Of a stretch of 64,000 nucleotides of DNA, positions 1 to 19,640 are shown one piece after another. The translations under genes were made by a program, and so were the position numbers. Numbering within the stretch: position 1 is the stretch's first letter; the number at the start of each line of letters is the position of its first letter. Origin of the DNA: the human T2T-CHM13v2.0 reference genome, Homo sapiens; assembly GCF_009914755.1 (NCBI RefSeq), contig NC_060948.1; one strand, 5' to 3'. The notes under the pieces were generated by a model, which was given only the letters and a program-made list of their open reading frames with translations, did no database searches and had not been told where the DNA came from.

Positions 1-288
<288 letters not shown>

Positions 289-857
289 AGATCCATATTT
301 TTTAAATGAAAAAAAATTTCAAAGGTACTCTGCTTGGTACAATAATCAAATGTATAAACTGAGGAATAAAACATAACCATGAAACCTACTTATAACTGCA
401 TATGGAAAATACAGAGGATAATTTTTTAAATAACATATTTTGAAAGCCTTAACTAGTAATTTGAAGAGTTGGCATTTGAAAGGCCAGTATGAATATAACT
501 TCAAAGCAGCAACACAGGTTCCCCATGAGAAAAAGCAAACACAGGGAAAATAAAAACACAAAGGTTCAATCTCTTCTGACCTTTGAAAGACACAGCACAG
601 ACAGTGGTCCTTAGGATGAAGAGCAGGAGACCCCTAATTCCGTCACCATGGCGATAGGGCATAAACATTGCTGGGTGAGGGCACAATCCACATTGTGAGG
701 TCCAACTGCTGCCAGGAAGACAGGAGTGCTTTTACATAGACCGAAAGGTCATTGAAGGCTCAGAGTTTTGTTTCAAGAACTGAATCCCAAGCCCACACGT
801 TATTAGGCTGCGCTTCTTAAAACAAGTTATGAGATGGGAAAAAGGGCACCCACAAAC
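289..857. repeat. HSATI-type mixed-sequence segment of the DYZ2 monomer (representative copy, present in every unit)
   Basis: ~570 bp non-Alu, non-simple segment between the Alu 5' end and the AT-rich block, nearly identical in all units. The name comes from the known DYZ2 composition; boundaries are approximate. Confidence 0.75.
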
Positions 858-2706
<1,849 letters not shown>

Positions 2707-4811
2707 AGATCCATATTTTTTAAATGAAAAAAAATTTCAAAGGTACTCTGCTTGGTACAATAATCAAATGTATAAACTGAGGAATAAAACATAACTATGA
2801 AACCTACTTATAACTGCATATGGAAAATACAGAGGATAATTTTTTAAATAACATATTTTGAAAGCCTTAACTAGTAATTTGAAGAGTTGGCATTTGAAAG
2901 GCCAGTATGAATATACCTTCAAAGCAGCAACACAGGTTCCCCATGAGAAAAAGCAAACACAGGGAAAATAAAAACACAAAGGTTCAATCTCTTCTGACCT
3001 TTGAAAGACACAGCACAGACAGTGGTCCTTAGGACGAAGAGCAGGAGACCCCTAATTCCGTCACCATGGCGATAGGGCATAAACATTGCTGGGTGAGGGC
3101 ACAATCCACATTGTGAGGTCCAACTGCTGCCAGGAAGACAGGAGTGCTTTTACATAGACCGAAAGGTCATTGAAGGCTCAGAGTTTTGTTTCAAGAACTG
3201 AATCCCAAGCCCACACGTTATTAGGCTGCGCTTCTTAAAACAAGTTATGAGATGGGAAAAAGGGCACCCACAAACATACGTATACATTATGTATATAATA
3301 ATATACAGTATCATATATATAATATATATAACCTATGTATAATATTGTTTTACATCCTGCATCTTATGTTATATATATTGTATAAAATATAATAATTGAT
3401 AATATATAAGTTTTATAATTATACAATATGACATATAGTATATATTATAATTTATGACATATATAATATATGTTATATGTCATATATAGAATATATTATA
3501 CGGTTAATATACGTATTAAATATAAATTATACATTATATATATTATATATAATATATCTGTTATATATAATACCCATTATGCATAATATATATATTATGT
3601 CTATGTTATATATAGTATAAAACAACATATAATAATATATAATTGTATATATAAAATGCGACATAGAATATATATTATATTTTATAACATATGTAATATA
3701 TATTATATATTATATATAATACGTTGTATATATAATACCTATATTAAATATATATTATATGACTATGTTATTAATTACATGTCACATGTGTTATATATTA
3801 TATATTTTACATAGAATATACCGGTTACATACAATATATACTATGTTACCTATAATGTATAATTTAATACATGTAAAATAAAGAATGCAATATATTATGT
3901 ATAATTTATAATATACAATATGTGGAATGTGATATATATAACATATAATATATGATATATGATATACAGTATATGATATATAACATACAATATATGATTC
4001 CTAATATATATGGTATACAATATATATTTTATGATATGTATTCTATATGTTTTATATTCTGTTATATATAACTATTTGAAATTATATATAACTGTATAAT
4101 ATTTTATGTAAATATGTAATATAATATATATAAATATATAATATATTATATATAACTATATATTATGTTATATATACTTTTATAACATAATTTACATAAA
4201 ATATCATAATATAATATATATTATATTATTTCATATTACATAATATATATTACATATCACCCAATATAACTAACATACATAATATTATAATATAGATTAT
4301 ATTGTGTTATATTAAATATCATATATATCATGTATCATATATTCTATAATATATATTACACATTATATAATATGTATGTTGTCTATTATGTGATATATAT
4401 AACTATATATATAATTATATTTTTATACATATAACTAGATAAGCATGTAATTCTACATATTTTCATTTATAATATGTAGAATTATATAATCATATATAAT
4501 TATTTATATTCTATAAAAAATTTTATCATTATATAAATTATAATATATAAAAATTATAATATGTACTACAAATATATATATTATGTATCATATATGATAT
4601 AGTACCTTTGTTATATATCATAATGCATACAAATGTGTATTATGTTATCTATAATTATATAATTTCATATATAAGATGTATAATATGTATCGTATATTAT
4701 ATATGTTATGTAATATATATAGTATATATAAGATGACACAGGATAAATATTATATACTATGACATATAAAATATATGAGGTTATATGTTACATATAAGGC
4801 ATAGCACATAA

Positions 4812-5126
<315 letters not shown>

Positions 5127-7250
5127 AGATCCATATTTTTTAAATGAAAAAAAATTTCAAAGGTACTCTGCTTGGTACAATAATCAAATGTATAAACTGA
5201 GGAATAAAACATAACTATGAAACCTACTTATAACTGCATATGGAAAATACAGAGGATAATTTTTTAAATAACATATTTTGAAAGCCTTAACTAGTAATTT
5301 GAAGAGTTGGCATTTGAAAGGCCAGTATGAATATACCTTCAAAGCAGCAACACAGGTTCCCCATGAGAAAAAGCAAACACAGGGAAAATAAAAACACAAA
5401 GGTTCAATCTCTTCTGACCTTTGAAAGACACAGCACAGACAGTGGTCCTTAGGACGAAGAGCAGGAGACCCCTAATTCCGTCACCATGGCGATAGGGCAT
5501 AAACATTGCTGGGTGAGGGCACAATCCACATTGTGAGGTCCAACTGCTGCCAGGAAGACAGGAGTGCTTTTACATAGACCGAAAGGTCATTGAAGGCTCA
5601 GAGTTTTGTTTCAAGAACTGAATCCCAAGCCCACACGTTATTAGGCTGCGCTTCTTAAAACAAGTTATGAGATGGGAAAAAGGGCACCCACAAACATACG
5701 TATACATTATGTATATAATAATATACAGTATCATATATATAATATATATAAACTATGTATAATATTGTTTTAAATCCTGCATCTTATGTTATATATATTG
5801 TATAAAATATAATAATTGATAATATATAAGTTTTATAATTATACAATATGACATATAGTATATATTATAATTTATGACATATATAATATATGTTATATGT
5901 CATATATAGAATATATTATACGGTTAATATACGTATTAAATATAAATTATACATTATATATATTATATATAATATATCTGTTATATATAATACCCCTTAT
6001 GCATAATATATATATTATGTCTATGTTATATATAGTATAAAACAACATATAATAATATATAATTGTATATATAAAATGCGACATATAATATATATTATAT
6101 TTTATAACATATGTAATATATATTATATATTATATATAATACGTTGTATGTATAGTACCTATATTAAATATATATTATATGACTATGTTATTAATTACAT
6201 GTCACATGTGTTATATATTATATATTTTACATAGAATATACCGGTTACATACAATATATACTATGTTACCTATAATGTATAATTTATTACATGTAAAATA
6301 AAGAATGCAATATATTATGTATAATTTATAATATACCATATGTGGAATGTGATATATATAACATATAATATATGATATATGATATACAGTATATGATATA
6401 TAACATACAATATATGATTCCTAATATATATGGTATACAATAAATATTTTATGATATGTATTCTATATGTTTTATATTCTGTTATATATAACTATTTGAA
6501 ATTATATATAACTGTATAATATTTTATGTAAATATATAATACAATATATATAACTATATAATATATTATATATAACTATATATTATGTTATATATACTTT
6601 TATAACATAATTTACATAAAATATCATAATATAATATATACTATATTATTTCATATTACATATTATATATTACATATCACCCAATATAACTAACATACAT
6701 AATATTATAATATAGATTATATTATGTTATATTAAATATCATATATATCATGTATCATATATTCTATAATATATATTACACATTATATAATATGTATGTT
6801 GTCTATTATGTGATATATATAACTATATATAATTATATTTTTATACATATAACTAGATAAACATGTAATTCTACATATTTTCATTTATAATATGTAGAAT
6901 TATATAATCATATATAATTATTTATATTCTATAAAAAATTTTATCATTATATAAATTATAATATATAAAAATTATAATATGTACTACAAATATATATATT
7001 ATATATCATATATGCTATAGTACCTTTGTTATATATCATAATACATATAAATGTGTATTATGTTATCTATAATTATATAATTTCATATATAAGTTGTATA
7101 ATATGCATCATATATTATATATGTTATGTAATATATATAGTATATATAAGATGACAGGATAAATATTATATACTATGACATATAAAATATATCAGGTTAT
7201 ATGTTACATATAAGGCATAGCACATAACATGTAATATATATCATATATAA

Positions 7251-7542
7251 TTTTTTTTTAGACAGAATCTTGTCCTGTTGCACAGGGTCGGGTACAATGG
7301 CGCCATGTTTGCTCACTGCAACTTCTGCCTCACGGGTCCAAGCGATTGTCCTCCCTCAGCCTCCCAGGTAGCTGGGACTACACCACACTGGGACTACACC
7401 AGCTGCCACCATGCCTAGCTAATTATTTGTATTTTTAGTAGTGACAGCGTTTCACTGTATTGGCCAGGATGGTCTTGATCTCTTCACCTTGTGATCCCCT
7501 TGCCTTGGCCTCCAAATTTGCTGGGATTACAGGCCTGAGCCA
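7251..7542 (-). mobile_element. Diverged Alu, monomer 4
   Basis: Same Alu hallmarks as copy 1. Confidence 0.92.
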
Positions 7543-9668
7543 AGATCCATATTTTTTAAATGAAAAAAAATTTCAAAGGTACTCTGCTTGGTACAATAAT
7601 CAAATGTATAAACTGAGGAATAAAACATAACCATGAAACCTACTTATAACTGCATATGGAAAATACAGAGGATAATTTTTTAATTAACATATTTTGAAAG
7701 CCTTAACTAGTAATTTGAAGAGCTGGCATTTGAAAGGCCAGTATGAATATACCTTCAAAGCAGCAACACAGGTTCCCCATGAGAAAAAGCAAACACAGGG
7801 AAAATAAAAACACAAAGGTTCAATCTCTTCTGACCTTTGAAAGACACAGCACAGACAGTGGTCCTTAGGACGAAGAGCAGGAGACCCCTAATTCCGTCAC
7901 CATGGCGATAGGGCATAAACATTGCTGGGTGAGGGCACAATCCACATTGTGAGGTCCAACTGCTGCCAGGAAGACAGGAGTGCTTTTACATAGACCGAAA
8001 GGTCATTGAAGGCTCAGAGTTTTGTTTCAATAACTGAATCCCAAGCCCACAGGTTATTAGGCTGCGCTTCTTAAAACGAGTTATGAGATGGGAAAAAGGG
8101 CACCCACAAACATACGTATACATTATGTATATAATAATATACAGTATCATATATATAATATATATAACCTATGTATAATATTGTTTTACATCCTGCATCT
8201 TATGTTATATATATTGTATAAAATATAATAATTGATAATATATAAGTTTTATAATTATACAATATGACATATAGTATATATTATAATTTATGACATATAT
8301 AATATATGTTATATGTCATATATAGAATATATTATACGGTTAATATACGTATTAAATATAAATTATACATTATATATATTATATATAATATATCTGTTAT
8401 ATATAATACCCATTATGCATAATATATATATTATGTCTATGTTATATATAGTATAAAACAACATATAATAATATATAATTGTATATATAAAATGCGACAT
8501 ATAATATATATTATATTTTATAACATATGTAATATATATTATATATTATATATAATACGTTGTATGTATAGTACCTATATTAAATATATATTATATGACT
8601 ATGTTATTAATTACATGTCACATGTGTTATATATTATATATTTTACATAGAATATACCGGTTACATACAATATATACTATGTTACCTATAATGTATAATT
8701 TATTACATGTAAAATAAAGAATGCAATATATTATGTATAATTTATAATATACCATATGTGGAATGTGATATATATAACATATAATATATGATATATGATA
8801 TACAGTATATGATATATAACATACAATATATGATTCCTAATATATATGGTATACAATAAATATTTTATGATATGTATTCTATATGTTTTATATTCTGTTA
8901 TATATAACTATTTGAAATTATATATAACTGTATAATATTTTATGTAAATATGTAATATAATATATATAACTATATAATATATTATATATAACTATATATT
9001 ATGTTATATATACTTTTATAACATAATTTACATAAAATATCATAATATAATATATACTATATTATTTCATATTACATATTATATATTACATATCACCCAA
9101 TATAACTAACATACATAATATTATAATATAGATTATATTATGTTATATTAAATATCATATATATCATGTATCATATATTCTATAATATATATTACACATT
9201 ATATAATATGTATGTTGTCTATTATGTGATATATATAACTATATATATAATTATATTTTTATACATATAACTAGATAAACATGTAATTCTACATATTTTC
9301 ATTTATAATATGTAGAATTATATAATCATATATAATTATTTATATTCTATAAAAAATTTTATCATTATATAAATTATAATATATAAAAATTATAATATGT
9401 ACTACAAATATATATATTATATATCATATATGCTATAGTACCTTTGTTATATATCATAATACATATAAATGTGTATTATGTTATCTATAATTATATAATT
9501 TCATATATAAGTTGTATAATATGCATCATATATTATATATGTTATGTAATATATATAGTATATATAAGATGACAGGATAAATATTCTATACTATGACATA
9601 TAAAATATATCAGGTTATATGTTACATATAAGGCATAGCACATAACATGTAATATATATCATATATAA

Positions 9669-9960
9669 TTTTTTTTTAGACAGAATCTTGTCCTGTTGCA
9701 CAGGGTCGGGTACAATGGCGCCATGTTTGCTCACTGCAACTTCTGCCTCACGGGTCCAAGCGATTGTCCTCCCTCAGCCTCCCAGGTAGCTGGGACTACA
9801 CCACACTGGGACTACACCAGCTGCCACCATGCCTAGCTAATTATTTGGATTTTTAGTAGTGACAGCGTTTCACTGTATTGGCCAGGATGGTCTTGATCTC
9901 TTCACCTTGTGATCCCCTTGCCTTGGCCTCCAAATTTGCTGGGATTACAGGCCTGAGCCA
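9669..9960 (-). mobile_element. Diverged Alu, monomer 5
   Basis: Same Alu hallmarks as copy 1. Confidence 0.92.
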
Positions 9961-12065
9961 AGATCCATATTTTTTAAATGAAAAAAAATTTCAAAGGTAC
10001 TCTGCTTGGTACAATAATCAAATGTATAAACTGAGGAATAAAACATAACCATGAAACCTACTTATAACTGCATATGGAAAATACAGAGGATAATTTTTTA
10101 ATTAACATATTTTGAAAGCCTTAACTAGTAATTTGAAGAGCTGGCATTTGAAAGGCCAGTATGAATATACCTTCAAAGCAGCAACACAGGTTCCCCATGA
10201 GAAAAAGCAAACACAGGGAAAATAAAAACACAAAGGTTCAATCTCTTCTGACCTTTGAAAGACACAGCACAGACAGTGGTCCTTAGGACGAAGAGCAGGA
10301 GACCCCTAATTCCGTCACCATGGCGATAGGGCATAAACATTGCTGGGTGAGGGCACAATCCACATTGTGAGGTCCAACTGCTGCCAGGAAGACAGGAGTG
10401 CTTTTACATAGACCGAAAGGTCATTGAAGGCTCAGAGTTTTGTTTCAAGAACTGAATCCCAAGCCCACACGTTATTAGGCTGCGCTTCTTAAAACGAGTT
10501 ATGAGATGGGAAAAAGGGCACCCACAAACATACGTATACATTATGTATATAATAATATACAGTATCATATATATAATATATATAACCTATGTATAATATT
10601 GTTTTACATCCTGCATCTTATGTTATATATATTGTATAAAATATAATAATTGATAATATATAAGTTTTATAATTATACAATATGACATATAGTATATATT
10701 ATAATTTATGACATATATAATATATGTTATATGTCATATATAGAATATATTATACGGTTAATATACGTATTAAATATAAATTATACATTATATATATTAT
10801 ATATAATATATCTGTTATATATAATACCCATTATGCATAATATATATATTATGTCTATGTTATATATAGTATAAAACAACATATAATAATATATAATTGT
10901 ATATATAAAATGCGACATATAATATATATTATATTTTATAACATATGTAATATATATTATATATTATATATAATACGTTGTATGTATAATACCTATATTA
11001 AATATATATTATATGACTATGTTATTAATTACATGTCACATGTGTTATATATTATATATTTTACATAGAATATACCGGTTACATACAATATATACTATGT
11101 TACCTATAATGTATAATTTATTACATGTAAAATAAAGAATGCAATATATTATGTTTAATTTATAATATACCATATGTGGAATGTGATATATATAACATAT
11201 AATATATGATATATGATATACAGTATATGATATATAACATACAATATATGATTCCTAATATATATGGTATACAATATATATTTTATGATATGTATTCTAT
11301 ATGTTTTATATTCTGTTATATATAACTATTTGAAATTATAAATAACTGTATAATATTTTATGTAAATATGTAATATAATATATATAACTATATAATATAT
11401 TATATATAACTATATATTATGTTATATATACTTTTATAACATAATTTACATAAAATATCATAATATAATATATATTATATTATTTCATATTACATAATAT
11501 ATATTTCATATCACCCAATATAACTAACATACATAATATTATAATATAGATTATATTGTGTTATATTAAATATCATATATATCATGTATCATATATTCTA
11601 TAATATATATTACACATTATATAGTATGTATGTTGTCTATTATGTGATATATATAACTATATATATAATTATATTTTTATACATATAACTAGATAAACAT
11701 GTAATTCTACATATTTTCATTTATAGTATGTAGAATTATATAATCATATATAATTATTTATATTCTATAAAAAATTTTATCATTATATAAATTATAATAT
11801 ATAAAAATTATAATATGTACTACAAATATATATATTATATATCATATATGATATAGTACCTTTGTTATATTTCATAATACATATAAATGTGTATTATGTT
11901 ATCTATAATTATATAATTTCATATATAAGATGTATAATATGTATCATATATTATATATGTTATGTAATATATATAGTATATATAAGATGACACAGGATAA
12001 ATATTATATACTATGACATATAAAATATATGAGGTTATATGTTACATATAAGGCATAGCACATAA

Positions 12066-12380
<315 letters not shown>

Positions 12381-14485
12381 AGATCCATATTTTTTAAATG
12401 AAAAAAAATTTCAAAGGTACTCTGCTTGGTACAATAATCAAATGTATAAACTGAGGAATAAAACATAACCATGAAACCTACTTATAACTGCATATGGAAA
12501 ATACAGAGGATAATTTTTTAAATAACATATTTTGAAAGCCTTAACTAGTAATTTGAAGAGTTGGCATTTGAAAGGCCAGTATGAATATACCTTCAAAGCA
12601 GCAACACATGTTCCCCATGAGAAAAAGCAAACACAGGGAAAATAAAAACACAAAGGTTCAATCTCTTCTGACCTTTGAAAGACACAGCACAGACAGTGGT
12701 CCTTAGGACGAAGAGCAGGAGACCCCTAATTCCGTCACCATGGCGATAGGGCATAAACATTGCTGGGTGAGGGCACAATCCACATTGTGAGGTCCAACTG
12801 CTGCCAGGAAGACAGGAGTGCTTTTACATAGACCGAAAGGTCATTGAAGGCTCAGAGTTTTGTTTCAATAACTGAATCACAAGCCCACAGGTTATTAGGC
12901 TGCGCTTCTTAAAACGAGTTATGAGATGGGAAAAAGGGCACCCACAAACATACGTATACATTATGTATATAATAATATACAGTATCATATATATAATATA
13001 TATAACCTATGTATAATATTGTTTTACATCCTGCATCTTATGTTATATATATTGTATAAAATATAATAATTGATAATATATAAGTTTTATAATTATACAA
13101 TATGACATATAGTATATATTATAATTTATGACATATATAATATATGTTATATGTCATATATAGAATATATTATACGGTTAATATACGTATTAAATATAAA
13201 TTATACATTATATATATTATATATAATATATCTGTTATATATAATACCCATTATGCATAATATATATATTATGTCTATGTTATATATAGTATAAAACAAC
13301 ATATAATAATATATAATTGTATATATAAAATGCGACATATAATATATATTATATTTTATAACATATGTAATATATATTATATATTATATATAATACGTTG
13401 TATGTATAATACCTATATTAAATATATAATATATGACTATGTTATTAATTACATGTCACATGTGTTATATATTATATGTTTTACACAGAATATACCGGTT
13501 ACATACAATATATACTATGTTACCTATAATGTATAATTTATTACATGTAAAATAAAGAATGCAATATATTATGTAAAATTTATAATATACCATATGTGGA
13601 ATGTGATATATATAACATATAATATATGATATATGATATACAGTATATGATATATAACATACAATATATGATTCCTAATATATATGGTATACAATATATA
13701 TTTTATGATATGTATTCTATATGTTTTATATTCTGTTATATATAACTATTTGAAATTATATATAACTGTATAATATTTTATGTAAATATGTAATATAATA
13801 TATATAACTATATAATATATTATATATAACTATATATTATGTTATATATACTTTTATAACATAATTTACATAAAATATCATAATATAATATATATTATAT
13901 TATTTCATATTACATAATATATATTTCATATCACCCAATATAACTAACATACATAATATTATAATATAGATTATATTGTGTTATATTAAATATCATATAT
14001 ATCATGTATCATATATTCTATAATATATATTACACATTATATAGTATGTATGTTGTCTATTATGTGATATATATAACTATATATATAATTATATTTTTAT
14101 ACATATAACTAGATAAACATGTAATTCTACATATTTTCATTTATAATATGTAGAATTATATAATCATATATAATTATTTATATTCTATAAAAAATTTTAT
14201 CATTATATAAATTATAATATATAAAAATTATAATATGTACTACAAATATATATATTATATATCATATATGATATAGTACCTTTGTTATATTTCATAATAC
14301 ATATAAATGTGTATTATGTTATCTATAATTATATAATTTCATATATAAGATGTATAATATGTATCATATATTATATATGTTATGTAATATATATAGTATA
14401 TATAAGATGACACAGGATAAATATTATATACTATGACATATAAAATATATGAGGTTATATGTTACATATAAGGCATAGCACATAA

Positions 14486-14800
<315 letters not shown>

Positions 14801-16928
14801 AGATCCATATTTTTTAAATGAAAAAAAATTTCAAAGGTACTCTGCTTGGTACAATAATCAAATGTATAAACTGAGGAATAAAACATAACCATGAAACCTA
14901 CTTATAACTGCATATGGAAAATACAGAGGATAATTTTTTAAATAACATATTTTGAAAGCCTTAACTAGTAATTTGAAGAGTTGGCATTTGAAAGGCCAGT
15001 ATGAATATACCTTCAAAGCAGCAACACATGTTCCCCATGAGAAAAAGCAAACACAGGGAAAATAAAAACACAAAGGTTCAATCTCTTCTGACCTTTGAAA
15101 GACACAGCACAGACAGTGGTCCTTAGGACGAAGAGCAGGAGACCCCTAATTCCGTCACCATGGCGATAGGGCATAAACATTGCTGGGTGAGGGCACAATC
15201 CACATTGTGAGGTCCAACTGCTGCCAGGAAGACAGGAGTGCTTTTACATAGACCGAAAGGTCATTGAAGGCTCAGAGTTTTGTTTCAAGAACTGAATCCC
15301 AAGCCCACAGGTTATTAGGCTGCGCTTCTTAAAACGAGTTATGAGATGGGAAAAAGGGCACCCACAAACATACGTATACATTATGTATATAATAATATAC
15401 AGTATCATATATATAATATATATAACCTATGTATAATATTGTTTTACATCCTGCATCTTATGTTATATATATTGTATAAAATATAATAATTGATAATATA
15501 TAAGTTTTATAATTATACAATATGACATATAGTATATATTATAATTTATGACATATATAATATATGTTATATGTCATATATAGAATATATTATACGGTTA
15601 ATATACGTATTAAATATAAATTATACATTCTATATATTATATATAATATATCTGTTATATATAATACCCATTATGCATAATATATATATTATGTCTATGT
15701 TATATATAGTATAAAACAACATATAATAATATATAATTGTATATATAAAATGCGACATATAATATATATTATATTTTATAACATATGAAATATATATTAT
15801 ATATTATATATAATACGTTGTATGTATAATACCTATATTAAATATATATTATATGACTATGTTATTAATTACATGTCACATGTGTTATATATTATATATT
15901 TTACATAGAATATACCGGTTACATACAATATATACTATGTTACCTATAATGTATAATTTATTACATGTAAAATAAAGAATGCAATATATTATGTATAATT
16001 TATAATATACCATATGTGGAATGTGATATATATAACATATAATATATGATATATGATATACAGTATATGATATATAACATACAATATATGATTCCTAATA
16101 TATATGGTATACCATATATATTTTATGATATGTATTCTCTATGTTTTATATTCTGTTATATATAACTATTTGAAATTATATATAACTGTATAATATTTTA
16201 TGTAAATATGTAATATAATATATATAACTATATAATATATTATATATAAGTATATATTATGTTATATATACTTTTATAACATAATTTACATAAAATATCA
16301 TAATATAATATATATTATATTATTTCATATTACATAATATATATTACATATCACCCAATATAACTAACATACATAATATTATAATATAGATTATATTGTG
16401 TTATATTAAATATCATATATATCATGTATCATATATTCTATAATATATATTACACATTATATAATATGTATGTTGTCTATTATGTGATATATATAACTCT
16501 ATATATAATTATATTTTTATACATATAACTAGATAAACATGTAATTCTACATATTTTCATTTATACTATGTAGAATTATATAATCATATATAATTATTTA
16601 TATTCTATAAAAAATTTTATCATTATATAAACTATAATATATAAAAATTATAATATGTACTACAAATATATATATTATATATCATATATGATATAGTACC
16701 TTTGTTATATATCATAATACATATAAATGTGTATTATGTTATCTATAATTATATAATTTCATATATAAGTTGTATAATATGTATCATATATTATATATGT
16801 TATGTAATATATATAGTATATATAAGATGACACAGGATAAATATTATATACTATGACATATAAAATATATGAGGTTATATGTTACATATAAGGCATAGCA
16901 CATAACATGTAATATATATCATATATAA

Positions 16929-17220
<292 letters not shown>

Positions 17221-19325
17221 AGATCCATATTTTTTAAATGAAAAAAAATTTCAAAGGTACTCTGCTTGGTACAATAATCAAATGTATAAACTGAGGAATA
17301 AAACATAACCATGAAACCTACTTATAACTGCATATGGAAAATACAGAGGATAATTTTTTAAATAACATATTTTGAAAGCCTTAACTAGTAATTTGAAGAG
17401 TTGGCATTTGAAAGGCCAGTATGAATATACCTTCAAAGCAGCAACACAGGTTCCCCATGAGAAAAAGCAAACACAGGGAAAATAAAAACACAAAGGTTCA
17501 ATCTCTTCTGACCTTTGAAAGACACAGCACAGACAGTGGTCCTTAGGACGAAGAGCAGGAGACCCCTAATTCCGTCACCATGGCGATAGGGCATAAACAT
17601 TGCTGGGTGAGGGCACAATCCACATTGTGAGGTCCAACTGCTGCCAGGAAGACAGGAGTGCTTTTACATAGACCGAAAGGTCATTGAAGGCTCAGAGTTT
17701 TGTTTCAAGAACTGAATCCCAAGCCCACACGTTATTAGGCTGCGCTTCTTAAAACAAGTTATGAGATGGGAAAAAGGGCACCCACAAACATACGTATACA
17801 TTATGTATATAATAATATACAGTATCATATATATAATATATATAACCTATGTATAATATTGTTTTACATCCTGCATCTTATGTTATATATATTGTATAAA
17901 ATATAATAATTGATAATATATAAGTTTTATAATTATACAATATGACATATAGTATATATTATAATTTATGACATATATAATATATGTTATATGTCATATA
18001 TAGAATATATTATACGGTTAATATACGTATTAAATATAAATTATACATTCTATATATTATATATAATATATCTGTTATATATAATACCCATTATGCATAA
18101 TATATATATTATGTCTATGTTATATATAGTATAAAACAACATATAATAATATATAATTGTATATATAAAATGCGACATATAATATATATTATATTTTATA
18201 ACATATGAAATATATATTATATATTATATATAATACGTTGTATGTATAATACCTATATTAAATATATATTATATGACTATGTTATTAATTACATGTCACA
18301 TGTGTTATATATTATATATTTTACATAGAATATACCGGTTACATACAATATATACTATGTTACCTATAATGTATAATTTATTACATGTAAAATAAAGAAT
18401 GCAATATATTATGTATAATTTATAATATACCATATGTGGAATGTCATGTATATAACATATAATATATGATATATGATATACAGTATATGATATATAACAT
18501 ACAATATATGATTCCTAATACATATGGTATACAATATATATTTTATGATATGTATTCTATATGTTTTATATTCTGTTATATATAACTATTTGAAATTATA
18601 TATAACTGTATAATATTTTATGTAAATATGTAATATAATATATATAACTATATAATATATTATATATAACTATATATTATGTTATATATACTTTTATAAC
18701 ATAATTTACATAAAATATCATACTATAATATATATTATATTATTTCATATTACATAATATATATTACATATCACCCAATATAACTAACATACATAATATT
18801 ATAATATAGATTATAATATGTTATAATAAATATCATATATATCATGTATCATATATTCTATAATATATATTACACATTATATAATATGTATGTTGTCTAT
18901 TATGTGATATATATAACTCTATATATAATTATATTTTTATACATATAACTAGATAAACATGTAATTCTACATATTTTCATTTATAATATGTAGAATTATA
19001 TAATCATATATAATTATTTATATTCTATAAAAAATTTTATCATTATATAAATTATAATATATAAAAATTATAATATGTACTACAAATATATATATTATAT
19101 ATCATATATGATATAGTACCTTTGTTATATATCATAATACATATAAATGTGTATTATGTTATCTATAATTATATAATTTCATATATAAGATGTATAATAT
19201 GTATCATATATTATATATGTTATGTAATATATGTAGTATATATAAGATGACACAGGATAAATATTATATACTATGACATATAAAATATATGAGGTTATAT
19301 GTTACATATAAGGCATAGCACATAA

Positions 19326-19640
<315 letters not shown>

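Noticed and set aside
346-686. Recurring 71 aa and 61 aa minus-strand ORFs (MCFYFPCV..., MCPHPAMF...) in nearly every unit
   Set aside because: They are short, overlap each other, have no recognisable domain and recur only because the satellite does. They are freely disrupted: a premature stop removes the 71 aa ORF in units 4 and 5, unit 12 has a frameshift and unit 10 loses the stop.
682-697. Hairpin CACAAT-CCAC-ATTGTG
   Set aside because: A 6 bp stem is expected by chance, and there is no covariation or terminator context.
13330-13536. 68 aa I/Y/N-rich plus-strand ORF
   Set aside because: It is a translation of TA-rich low-complexity DNA, opened by a chance substitution in one monomer.
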